Source of the DNA: Candidatus Latescibacterota bacterium
GTDB taxonomy: Bacteria > Latescibacterota > UBA2968 > UBA8231
DNA length: 64,000 bases
Assembly: GCA_965217585.1 (NCBI GenBank)
Contig: OZ244561.1
Span: 512,001 to 576,000 of the forward strand
Direction: 5' to 3'
Below are positions 8,886 to 18,061 of the stretch, in pieces (the stretch's first letter is position 1; every line of letters begins with the position of its first letter). Made by a program: the position numbers and the translations under genes. The notes under the pieces are model-generated. The model was not told the DNA's origin. It did not search any database and worked only from the letters and a program-made list of their open reading frames with translations.

Positions 8886-9764
8886 TTATATATGCCTAGC
8901 CAATTTGCCCTCGAGATACGCGCGAAACGCCGCGCCGAACTCTCGGTCGGCCAAGGCGAAATCCGCGAAGGCCCGATAGTACGTGAGCGGCGTTCCTATG
9001 TCGTAGCGGGCCTCGTCGCTTGCAAGGCGTGTACAGCGGACCTCGGCCCCGCGCTGGATCAGAACGCGGATGGCATCAGTCAACCATAGCTCGCCGCCAA
9101 TCCCAGGCTCAATCTCATCAATGGCGGCGAAAATCTCCGGCGAAAAAATATAGCGGGCCGCAACCGCAAGACAACTCGGCGCGGTTTCCACCGGCGGTTT
9201 TTCAACGATATCGGCGATAGCAAAGTCGTCGTCGGCCTCGCCTTGCGGTGTGACGACCCCGTACTTGTAGGTCTCCTCGCGCGGCACTTCCCATACGGCA
9301 ATGGTGGCAGCCGAACCCCGTTGGACATGAGACTCGATCATCCGGCCGACCACGCCTGGCACCCGCGGCGAGGTGATGATCGTGTCGCCGAACCCCACCA
9401 CGAACGACTCGTCACCCACGAATTCCCGCGCCTGACGCACGGCATCGGCATTGCCGGTCGGCCGCCGCTGCCGCACATAGTAGAATTCAACGTCCTCGGC
9501 CTCGTAGTCAACCTCGTCGATCGCGCTATCGCCCAAGCGTGCCGCGAGTTCGGGATCGTCGTCGAAGTGATCCTCAATCGAACGCTTCTTGCGGCCCGTT
9601 ACAAAGAGAAACTTGTCCAACCCCTGCTCGATCATCTCCTCGACCACGTACTGCACGACTGGCTTGCAACCAACGGGCAGCATCTCCTTGGGTTGGGACT
9701 TAGTCGCCGGCAGCAGGCGAGTGCCCAAACCCGCGACGGGGAATACAGCTTTGCGAATCGGCAC
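8886..9764 (-). CDS. galU: UTP-glucose-1-phosphate uridylyltransferase
   Basis: KAVFPVAGLGTRLLPATKSQPKEMLP, IVEKP, ELWLTDAI and RYDIG motifs. Confidence 0.9.
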   Translation of the reverse strand: MPIRKAVFPVAGLGTRLLPATKSQPKEMLPVGCKPVVQYVVEEMIEQGLDKFLFVTGRKKRSIEDHFDDDPELAARLGDSAIDEVDYEAEDVEFYYVRQRRPTGNADAVRQAREFVGDESFVVGFGDTIITSPRVPGVVGRMIESHVQRGSAATIAVWEVPREETYKYGVVTPQGEADDDFAIADIVEKPPVETAPSCLAVAARYIFSPEIFAAIDEIEPGIGGELWLTDAIRVLIQRGAEVRCTRLASDEARYDIGTPLTYYRAFADFALADREFGAAFRAYLEGKLARHI

Positions 9765-9884
9765 GATTTTTTTATTTTAAGTTTAAGAGAATCAAGGACA
9801 TAACTATAAATAGCACCTAGTGAAAATAGGGTGTAAGAGGTGCTAAATCAAGCCCGGCCTGCCCGCTCCTGCGCCGCCAATCCC

Positions 9885-10931
9885 ATGTTCGACTTGGCCT
9901 CAACTCGCCTGCGCGCCCTCGTGGAAGCGTTTCCCGCGCTACGCATCGGCGTAGTCGGCGACTTTTTCCTCGACTCTTACCTCGAATGCGACCCAGCCCT
10001 CGACGAAAAGTCGCTGGAGACCGGCAAGACCTGCTATCAGGTGATCGGCTACCGTCGCCAGCCTGGGGCCGCTGGCAATGTCGCCGCCAACTTGCGCGCC
10101 CTCGGCGTAGGTGCGGTCGAAGCCGTGGGCTATTGCGGCGACGACGGCGAAGGCTACGAGCTGCGGCGGGCCATGCGCCGGCTGGGCCTAGATTTGACGG
10201 GCTTTCTCACGGCTCCGGGCCGCTTGACCCCGACCTATGACAAACCCTGCTACGTCGCTAGCAGCCAGCGCGGCCGACCCGTACTTGAGGAACTAGAGCG
10301 GCTCGATGTCAAAAACCGCCGCCCGACCCCTACCAGCCTCCAGCGCGATCTCATCGACCATGTCCGCCAGCGCCTGAGCCACTGGGACGGGCTCGTCCTA
10401 ATCGACCAAGTCGCCGAAGCCAATTGCGGCGTCCTCACCACGCGCGTGCGCCGCGCCATCGCCACTGCGCTCGGCCCCCAGCCCAAGCTCGTGGTCCTCG
10501 CCGATTCGCGCACGCGCATCGGACTCTTTAAGCACGCCATCCTCAAGCCCAACCAGCGCGAGGCTTGGGCCGCGCTCGGTGGCCAAGGGAGCTTGTCGCT
10601 AAAGGCCGCGCACCACCACGCCCACGTACTCAGCAACCAGACCGGTCGCCCGGTGTTTCTAACGCTTGGCAATAGGGGGATACTCGTAGCCGACGGCAAC
10701 GCGGTTGAGCACGTGCCGGCTGTGTGCCTCACCGCACCTGTTGACCCGGTCGGCGCCGGGGACACTTGTGCGGCCGCTATCAGCGCGGCCTTGGCGGCAG
10801 GTGCCGGGCTGACGGAAGCGGCGGCGGTAGCCTGCTTGGCCGCGTCAATTACCGCTCAGCAGGCCGGCACAACCGGCACGGCCTCACCAACCGAGCTGAG
10901 CCTCCGCTTGCATCAGTTGCGGCGCAGCTAG
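9885..10931 (+). CDS. PfkB-family sugar kinase, RfaE/HldE kinase domain-like
   Basis: VVGDFFLD, PGAAGNVAANL, KPNQRE and DPVGAGD motifs; start re-called to ATG 9885. Confidence 0.85.
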   Translation: MFDLASTRLRALVEAFPALRIGVVGDFFLDSYLECDPALDEKSLETGKTCYQVIGYRRQPGAAGNVAANLRALGVGAVEAVGYCGDDGEGYELRRAMRRLGLDLTGFLTAPGRLTPTYDKPCYVASSQRGRPVLEELERLDVKNRRPTPTSLQRDLIDHVRQRLSHWDGLVLIDQVAEANCGVLTTRVRRAIATALGPQPKLVVLADSRTRIGLFKHAILKPNQREAWAALGGQGSLSLKAAHHHAHVLSNQTGRPVFLTLGNRGILVADGNAVEHVPAVCLTAPVDPVGAGDTCAAAISAALAAGAGLTEAAAVACLAASITAQQAGTTGTASPTELSLRLHQLRRS

Positions 10932-12766
10932 GATGCGTAGGTCTGTTCGACGACCGTGCGATAGCGCTCGACGATCGCCTTGGGCACGATCTTCTTCAGG
11001 CCCTTGGTCAGAGTCCCGGCGTCCTCGCTTAGCTGTTCGGGCAAGAGCGCGACGCGCTGCGGCCGCTGGTAGTTCGGCAAGCCGGCGGCCGTGGCCTCGG
11101 CAAGGAACCCTTCGCGGATCCGCTCGCCCAAGCTCGGATGCGTGCGCAGGGCGGCCTCGTCTTCCAGCGACAACCCGTCAATACCGCTCTTTTTCGCCTC
11201 CTCCACATCCACCGTCACCAACGGCAGCGGGTAGTCGCGCTGCTGGTCGCCGTACACGAGCACGTGCTCGACTAGGGGCACCCGGGCGAAGATTCGCTCC
11301 AAGGCTTCGGGATTGACGAACTCGCCGTTGCGCAGCTTGAATTGCCGGCCAACCCGCCCGTGGAACGTGAGAAAGCCCTCGTCATCCATGCTGAACAAGT
11401 CGCCGGTCCGATACCAGATCTGACCGCCCTCCTCCACTAGCACTTGCTCGGTCTGCTCGGGGTCGTGCAAATACCCGCGCATGACGTTGGGGCCACTGGT
11501 CCACAACTCCCCGACTTGGTCGCCGCTGGACCGGCACTCGGCCTGCGCTGGATCGTTGTACCCGATTTCCGACCCGTCTTCGGCCACGATCTTCACTGCC
11601 TGCAACGGCCTTCCCACCGTACCGCTTTTGCGCCCGTCGAGATGGTTGGTGGCAATCAGCGGCGCGCACTCGGTCGTGCCGTAGCCCTCGTACGTGGTGA
11701 TGTCGAGCACCTCGTGAAAGAAGTCCAATGCCTTGGGATCGGCCTTGGCCGAGCCGACGATCAAAAGCTCTAGATGAGGTCCGACTCGCGTGGCGAGCTG
11801 AGCGCGAATTTTGCCGACGATTGAACGACCGATGGCAGCCAAAAAGAGCTTGTCACCCAGCCCAGCCTGACCGCGTGCCAATCGCTCCTTGGCCGCAACC
11901 GAGCGCTGGATCAAGCCCCCCTTAACGCCGCCGGCGTCGATTTCCTTGCGCACATTGCCGTACACTTTGTCGAGTATCAGCGGCACGGTGAGGAAGCCCT
12001 CCGGCTCTGAGAGGCGAATATCGCTGAGGACGCGGTCGGGCGAGCGCGCCAAGTCCAAAATCCACCCCTTAACCAAGGGATAGTAGATGTTGAGAATTCC
12101 CATGGAGTGATAGTCGGGCGCAGACTTGAACATGCGGAGAGGCTGGCGCTTGCTAATCACATCCCAAACCTCTTCGACGTTGGCGACGATGTTGGCATGG
12201 GTCTGAATCACGCCTTTGGGCAGGCCAGACGAACCCGAGGTATAGAGAATTTTCGATTCGTCTTCCGGCAGCACCTCGACCTCGGGCACGGCCGCGCTGC
12301 TTTCCGCCAGCTCTTCCCAAGGAATCGCGTCCTCGACCTGGCCCTCGGTCAACACCATCCGCGGCGGCTTGTCGAGCCACTCCCGGACGGCTCCGAACCG
12401 CTCGTAGCCCTTGCGATCCACGACCAGCAGCTCGACCGCAGAGTGTGCGATGCTGTGGGCGAGGACCTCGTCAGGGGACTGGATGCACAGCGGCACCGCA
12501 CTGACCCCGATGCAGTCGGTCGCCAGAAAAACCAAGAGCGGCTCGCTGCCGCCATCGGTGAGGATGCCGACGCGCTGGCCCTTAACCAATCCCTGCGCCG
12601 CAAGACCCGCCGCGAGCTGATCGCGGCGACTTTTGAGTTCCGCGTAAGTCACGGGCTGGTAGCTCCATGAGCGGCTGCCCTCTACGGGCTCGAGCACGCG
12701 AATGGCCGTCTGTTCGGCATAAGTTGCGAAGCTATGGTTGAGTAGGTCCTTCAGCGTTTTTCCCAT
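10928..12766 (-). CDS. Long-chain fatty acid-CoA ligase (AMP-binding)
   Basis: YTSGSSGLPKG, YEGYGTTE and YRTGD motifs; start re-called to 12766. Confidence 0.9.
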   Translation of the reverse strand: MGKTLKDLLNHSFATYAEQTAIRVLEPVEGSRSWSYQPVTYAELKSRRDQLAAGLAAQGLVKGQRVGILTDGGSEPLLVFLATDCIGVSAVPLCIQSPDEVLAHSIAHSAVELLVVDRKGYERFGAVREWLDKPPRMVLTEGQVEDAIPWEELAESSAAVPEVEVLPEDESKILYTSGSSGLPKGVIQTHANIVANVEEVWDVISKRQPLRMFKSAPDYHSMGILNIYYPLVKGWILDLARSPDRVLSDIRLSEPEGFLTVPLILDKVYGNVRKEIDAGGVKGGLIQRSVAAKERLARGQAGLGDKLFLAAIGRSIVGKIRAQLATRVGPHLELLIVGSAKADPKALDFFHEVLDITTYEGYGTTECAPLIATNHLDGRKSGTVGRPLQAVKIVAEDGSEIGYNDPAQAECRSSGDQVGELWTSGPNVMRGYLHDPEQTEQVLVEEGGQIWYRTGDLFSMDDEGFLTFHGRVGRQFKLRNGEFVNPEALERIFARVPLVEHVLVYGDQQRDYPLPLVTVDVEEAKKSGIDGLSLEDEAALRTHPSLGERIREGFLAEATAAGLPNYQRPQRVALLPEQLSEDAGTLTKGLKKIVPKAIVERYRTVVEQTYAS

Positions 12767-12867
12767 CGCAAGCCTCTTTCCGGTGATTTGTATCGTCGTC
12801 CTTTGCGGCGCGCAAAAGGGCCGCTCCAGCCATTGCACACGTGGCCCGGCGACCGCATCTTCCCTAT

Positions 12868-14496
12868 ATGAATTTCCGCTGCAACCGCGCCTTGGTCTTG
12901 CTGCTCTTGACCTGCCCGGTCGCCTCCTCGGCGCAGCCCTCGGTGACCATGTTCGGCTACTCGCTCAGCATGGGCAGCGTCACCGTGGACCAAGAGCAGC
13001 TATATCGCCTCAGCCTCCGGCCCGACTTTCCCATGGGCCGCTTGGGCATTGGCCTCGACTTAGAGCTTTTTATCGAGCGCAATGGCGACCTCGGCCCCCG
13101 CGGCTGGGAGGCCGGCTCGTCAACCCAAACCTTCGACTCGATCTTGCGCAAGATCTACTACCTGCGCTATGGCCGCCCCAACGACGCGGTTTACGTCAAA
13201 ATCGGCGCGCTCGACAACGTGACGCTGGGGTACGGCTTAATCATGGATAGCTACCGCAATACCCTGCACTATCCAGGCATCAAGAAAACCGGACTCCAGC
13301 TCCGCATCGCCAATCTCGTCGGCACTAATATCGGACTCGAAGGAGCGATCAACAACCTGCAGGACTTCCAAGAGGGTGGCGCGCTCATCGGGCTGCGGGC
13401 CTTTGGCTACGTCGCCAATATCGAGCTGGGCTTGACCGTTGCGGCCGATCTCGACCAGTACAGCGGCCTGCGCGACAGCGATTCCGACGGCGTGCCCGAC
13501 CCCATTGACGCCTTCCCGGACGACGGAACCCTCGCCCTCGACAACGACGACGACGGCGTGCCCGACCCCATCGACAGCGACGACGACAATGACGGCATCA
13601 TCGACGCCGACGCTGGCAGCGGCCTCTCCGCCGATATCGCCGCCGCCTTGTTGGGACTCAACGCCAATTACGGCAGCGCCTTCCCGGTGGACCAAGACGT
13701 GGACCGCCACAAACCCTTCAACAGAAACCGAGTTGGCCGCGACTTCTTTTCCATCTTGGGCGTGGACGCGAGCTATCCGCTCATCCGCGACCTAGGCCTA
13801 GAGCTCAAGCTCTACGGCCAATTCGCCCTGCTGCTCGACGACGACGACGCCCTTTCCAACATTGAGGCGCAACAGCAGGGCGTCTACCCCGGCAATCGCC
13901 AAGCGACCGGGTTCGGGATCGCTGCCCCGGGCCTGTGGCTGTCTTTAGGCCCGCTCAACGGCCAACTGGAGTTTCGCCACTTCCGCCGCGATTTCGACTC
14001 GCGCTACTTCGACGAGCTGTACGAACTCGACCGTGCTCACCTCGACCTCGCCACCGGACAGGCCCAGTCCAAGGATGCACGGCTGGGCCACAGCAGCGAT
14101 CTCTCCGGCTTCTTCGGTCACTTGGGCACGGAACTCGGCTCGTACGCGCATGTCTCGGCCTCCTATCAGTACCTAACCGGCACCAGCGACCCCAAACAGC
14201 AACTCATCGCCAGCGCATCCCTGTCGCGCAAACTGCTCAAACACTTCCCCCGCCTCAAGCGCGCGTACGCTTATTTTTACAAGAACAACATCGGCCGGGG
14301 CCTCAACGAGAACGGCACCGGCAAGGACGGCTTCTTCGAGCCGACTGAGGACACCTTCTACGGCTTTGACATCGGCCTGAACATGAAAGAAGGCTCCTCC
14401 GTGCGCTGGGATACCCGCTTCATCTTCGGGCGCACCGCCGATCGGCGCTTACAGCGCCACAAAATCATGACCCTCGAAACCGTGTTCGACTTTTAA
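12868..14496 (+). CDS. Outer-membrane beta-barrel-like protein with thrombospondin type-3-like Ca-binding repeats
   Basis: Signal peptide; DSDSDGVPDPIDAFP and DNDDDGVPDPIDSDDDNDG repeats; terminal Phe (ETVFDF). Confidence 0.7.
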   Translation: MNFRCNRALVLLLLTCPVASSAQPSVTMFGYSLSMGSVTVDQEQLYRLSLRPDFPMGRLGIGLDLELFIERNGDLGPRGWEAGSSTQTFDSILRKIYYLRYGRPNDAVYVKIGALDNVTLGYGLIMDSYRNTLHYPGIKKTGLQLRIANLVGTNIGLEGAINNLQDFQEGGALIGLRAFGYVANIELGLTVAADLDQYSGLRDSDSDGVPDPIDAFPDDGTLALDNDDDGVPDPIDSDDDNDGIIDADAGSGLSADIAAALLGLNANYGSAFPVDQDVDRHKPFNRNRVGRDFFSILGVDASYPLIRDLGLELKLYGQFALLLDDDDALSNIEAQQQGVYPGNRQATGFGIAAPGLWLSLGPLNGQLEFRHFRRDFDSRYFDELYELDRAHLDLATGQAQSKDARLGHSSDLSGFFGHLGTELGSYAHVSASYQYLTGTSDPKQQLIASASLSRKLLKHFPRLKRAYAYFYKNNIGRGLNENGTGKDGFFEPTEDTFYGFDIGLNMKEGSSVRWDTRFIFGRTADRRLQRHKIMTLETVFDF

Positions 14497-14497
14497 T

Positions 14498-15610
14498 ATG
14501 AAAATCACTCGCGTATCCGCCCATTACCTGCGCCTGCCCGACGTCACTACCCGCTGCGACGGCACGCAGGACACCTGTCTGATCCAAATAGAAACCGACG
14601 CCGGCATCACCGGCTGGGGCGAGGTCGATTCGGCCCCCACCGTGGTCAAGGCCGTCGTCGAGGCCCCGCTCTCCCACCAGATTAGCAACGGCCTCGCCAA
14701 CGCCCTCGTGGGCCTCGACCCGCTGGCTATCGACGTCTGCGGAGATCGCATGCTCGAAGCGGCCAATTACTACGGCCGCGTCGGCGTGGGCACGCACGCT
14801 ATGGCTGGCGTCAACCTCGCGCTGTGGGACATTGCGGGCAAGGCGCGCAATTGCCCGGCCTACGAACTGTTCGGCGGCCCCTATCAAACCAAATTCCGCG
14901 CGTATTGCTCCATCCTCTTCGGCGACACGCCGCAAGAGACCGGCGAGCTGGCCCGCCGCTTTGCCGCAGAGGGATTCACAGCCATCAAATTTGGTTGGGG
15001 ACCGATGGGGCAGAGCGAGGCAAACGACATCGCCTTGGTGCGCGAAGCGCGGAAGGGGGCTGGGCCGGATGTGGACATCTTGGTGGATGCTGGGCAGGTC
15101 TGGGACTGGAAGACCGGCCTCAAGCGCGCCGAGCAGTTCGCCGAGTACGAAATATTCTGGCTCGAAGAACCCTTGCACCCCGAGGATGTCGCAGGCTATG
15201 CGCACCTCTGCGAGCGCAGCCCGGTGCCCATCGCCACCGGCGAGGCCGAGTCGCGCTATCAGGATTTTGAGCGGCTGCTCGTCCATGGTCGCATCGACTG
15301 GGTGCAACCGGATCCGGGCCGTTGCGGGCTTTCGACGATGGTCGAGGTCGGCCGCCTTGCTCACCGCCTGCACCGCAAGGTAGTAAACCACTCGTTCAAA
15401 AGCGGTATCACCATTGCGGCTTCCCTGCACGGCCTAGCTGCGGTCCCCCACGGCGAGGTCTTTGAATACTGCATGGCCGACTCGCCCTTGCGCCACGACC
15501 TAACGCACGAAAAATTCGCGGTCGTCGATGGCTACGTTCACGTGCCGGAGGGGCCGGGATTGGGCGTGACCATCAATGAAGAGATCGTAGAAAAGTATCT
15601 AGTGAATTAA
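14498..15610 (+). CDS. Mandelate racemase/muconate lactonizing enzyme family protein (MR subgroup)
   Basis: GITGWGE, ALWDIAGK, LVDAG, WLEEP, TGE, QPD and NHS motifs. Confidence 0.9.
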   Translation: MKITRVSAHYLRLPDVTTRCDGTQDTCLIQIETDAGITGWGEVDSAPTVVKAVVEAPLSHQISNGLANALVGLDPLAIDVCGDRMLEAANYYGRVGVGTHAMAGVNLALWDIAGKARNCPAYELFGGPYQTKFRAYCSILFGDTPQETGELARRFAAEGFTAIKFGWGPMGQSEANDIALVREARKGAGPDVDILVDAGQVWDWKTGLKRAEQFAEYEIFWLEEPLHPEDVAGYAHLCERSPVPIATGEAESRYQDFERLLVHGRIDWVQPDPGRCGLSTMVEVGRLAHRLHRKVVNHSFKSGITIAASLHGLAAVPHGEVFEYCMADSPLRHDLTHEKFAVVDGYVHVPEGPGLGVTINEEIVEKYLVN

Positions 15611-15628
15611 CCCCAAAGGTTCCCCACC

Positions 15629-16762
15629 ATGCCCGATCGTCCCACACTCATCATCGACGGCCACCTCGACTTGGCCTTCAACGCCCTGCACCACCGTCGC
15701 GACCTCACCCAAGACATCCATGTCCTGCGCGAGCGCGAAGACCCCAAACCCCCTGGCCCTTCGCATCCCGACTCGCTGCGCGACAGAAAGCGTCCCGAAA
15801 GCTCTTCGCGCGGCACTGCCACCGTATCCCTGCCGCAAATGCGCCAAGGCTGCGTCGGGATCGCGCTCTCAACCATTATGTGCCGAGTGCAGATGCCCAC
15901 CGGCATCCTCGACGACGGCATGAGAACTCAAGATGCGGCCCACGCCGTCGGCCAAGCGCATCTGCACTATTACAAAGCGCTAGAACACGAGGGCCAACTG
16001 CGCTTCATCCGCGACCCAACTGAACTCGACGCGGCCATCGCCGCTTGGCAAAACCCCGACCAAACGACTCCGATCGGCCTGATTCTGAGCATGGAAAGCG
16101 CCGATCCCATCCTTGGCCCCGAGCAAGTAAGCTGGTGGTGGGAGCAGGGCCTGCGCTCGGTTGGGCTGACGCATTTTGGTGCCAATACCTGGGGGCACGG
16201 CACCGGCACCCGAGGCGGGTTATACGCCGATGCCTATCCCCTGCTCGACGCCCTCGCCGCAACGAACATCGCCCTTGACCTGACCCACGCCTCGGACTTG
16301 GTCTTCTGGCAGCTTTTGGACTACTGGTCGGGGCCGGTCCACGCCAGCCACTGCAATTGCCGCGCCCTCGTCCCCGGCCAGCGCCACCTCAGCGACGAGA
16401 TGATCCAAGCCATCGCCGAGCGCGGCGGCGTCATCGGCGCGGTCTTCGCCGAATTCATGCTCAATCCCGAGATCGACTTCGACGACCCAGCGACCTATCC
16501 GCAAACCGCCCGCCGCCCCATGTCGGCCGTCGTTGATCACATTGACCACATCTGCCAGCTCGTCGGCAACTGCAACCATGTCGCCATTGGCTCCGACCTC
16601 GATGGCGGCTTCGGGCGCGAAATGGCCCCCATTGACTACGACACCATTGCCGACTTGCAGCGCTTCCTCGACATCCTCGACCGGCGAGGCTACTCGACCA
16701 ACGACATTGCGGCCATAGCCCACGGCAACCTCTCTCGCTTCTTCCGCCAAGCCTGGAGCTAA
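15629..16762 (+). CDS. Membrane dipeptidase (M19) family amidohydrolase, copy 1
   Basis: IDGHLD, MESAD, DLTH, HASH and GSDLDGG motifs. Confidence 0.9.
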   Translation: MPDRPTLIIDGHLDLAFNALHHRRDLTQDIHVLREREDPKPPGPSHPDSLRDRKRPESSSRGTATVSLPQMRQGCVGIALSTIMCRVQMPTGILDDGMRTQDAAHAVGQAHLHYYKALEHEGQLRFIRDPTELDAAIAAWQNPDQTTPIGLILSMESADPILGPEQVSWWWEQGLRSVGLTHFGANTWGHGTGTRGGLYADAYPLLDALAATNIALDLTHASDLVFWQLLDYWSGPVHASHCNCRALVPGQRHLSDEMIQAIAERGGVIGAVFAEFMLNPEIDFDDPATYPQTARRPMSAVVDHIDHICQLVGNCNHVAIGSDLDGGFGREMAPIDYDTIADLQRFLDILDRRGYSTNDIAAIAHGNLSRFFRQAWS

Positions 16763-16767
16763 TACTA

Positions 16768-17856
16768 ATGACCGACGCGCGCCCGCTGATCCTCGACAGC
16801 CACCTCGATCTAGCTTTTTCCGCCCTGCAAATCAACCGCGACCTGACGCAAAAGGCGACCACCGTGCGCGTCCATGACTCGGTGCAGACTATGGAGGGCT
16901 TCGGCTCCTGTACGGTGACCTTCCCCGAGCTGCGCCGTGGCAAGGTCGGGCTCTTCTGCGGCACGGTGATGTCGCGCCTAGACCAAGGCGACCGCTGGAC
17001 CCGCACCGGCATGTACTGCCAAGCCCAGTGCCACGGCGTCGGCCGCGGGCACTGGGCGTACTACCAAGCACTCGAACGCGCGGGTTTGCTCCGCTTAGTC
17101 AAAAGCATCGCGGATCTAGACGAAACCATCGCCGCCTGGCAAAACCCCGACCCGACGACCCCGTTCGGCCTGATCCTCGCCATGGAGAGCGCCGACCCCA
17201 TTTTAGGCCCCGACCAAGTGCCCGAGTGGCGCGAACTCGGCTTGCGCCTAGTGTCGATCTCGCATTACGGCACCAGCACCTACTCGCACGGCACCGGCAC
17301 CGAAGGCGGGCTGCTGCCGCCGGCCAAACCCCTGCTCGACGCGCTCCAAGCGGCCGGCATCATCATCGACTTGACCCATTTGACCGACCAAGCCCACTGG
17401 GAGCTTTTGGAAGTGTACGACGGTCCGGTCTGCGCTTCGCACCACAATTGTCGCGCCTTGGTCCCCGGTCAGCGCCAGCTCACCGACGAAATGATCCGCT
17501 CCATCGCCGAGCGCGATGGGGTCATCGGCACGGCCTTCGACGCCTGGATGCTCGACCCAGGCTGGCAGCGCAAAGTCCCCGCCTTTGAACAACTGACCAG
17601 CGCCACCTTGGAAACCATCGCCGACCACATCGACCACATCAGCCAGCTTTTGGGCACTTCGCGCCACTGCGGCATTGGCACCGATCTCGACGGCGGCTTC
17701 GGCACCGAGCAAGCCCCGCGCGACCTCAATACCATCGCCGATCTGCAAAAACTCCAACCCATCCTCGCGCGCCGCGGCTACTCGCCAGCAGACATCGCAG
17801 GGATTTTCTCCGGCAACTGGATACGGTTTTTTAAGGATGTATGGAACCATCCGTAG
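16768..17856 (+). CDS. Membrane dipeptidase (M19) family amidohydrolase, copy 2
   Basis: LDSHLD, MESAD, DLTH, CASH and GTDLDGG motifs. Confidence 0.9.
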   Translation: MTDARPLILDSHLDLAFSALQINRDLTQKATTVRVHDSVQTMEGFGSCTVTFPELRRGKVGLFCGTVMSRLDQGDRWTRTGMYCQAQCHGVGRGHWAYYQALERAGLLRLVKSIADLDETIAAWQNPDPTTPFGLILAMESADPILGPDQVPEWRELGLRLVSISHYGTSTYSHGTGTEGGLLPPAKPLLDALQAAGIIIDLTHLTDQAHWELLEVYDGPVCASHHNCRALVPGQRQLTDEMIRSIAERDGVIGTAFDAWMLDPGWQRKVPAFEQLTSATLETIADHIDHISQLLGTSRHCGIGTDLDGGFGTEQAPRDLNTIADLQKLQPILARRGYSPADIAGIFSGNWIRFFKDVWNHP

Positions 17857-17880
17857 GGGCGACCGGCCGGTCGCCCCTAC
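17853..17880. repeat. GTAG-type REP-like perfect 28-bp palindrome
   Basis: GTAGGGGCGACCGG|CCGGTCGCCCCTAC. Confidence 0.7.
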
Positions 17881-18061
17881 ATCGCCCAAATCGGCCCGAA
17901 TCGACATTGTATTTCATCTCATTTACAATTTCACACCCATTTAACCCACAAAATCGCCCCAATTTCAAATTCCGCCTTGCTTTTATTGCACAAATATCCG
18001 ATACTTTTCGTTTTAGATAAACATAATTAACTCAAACTATCCATCTCAGGGAGAAATTGAC

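Noticed and set aside
13470-13620. CRISPR-like or VNTR repeat
   Set aside because: Only two in-frame coding repeats; no spacers and no cas genes
14465-15430. 321-aa minus-strand ORF
   Set aside because: Antisense shadow of the enolase-family gene; no recognisable motifs
17881-18061. Possible ilv attenuator or leader peptide
   Set aside because: No Ile/Leu/Val-rich mini-ORF with a terminator seen; only an AT-rich promoter-like region
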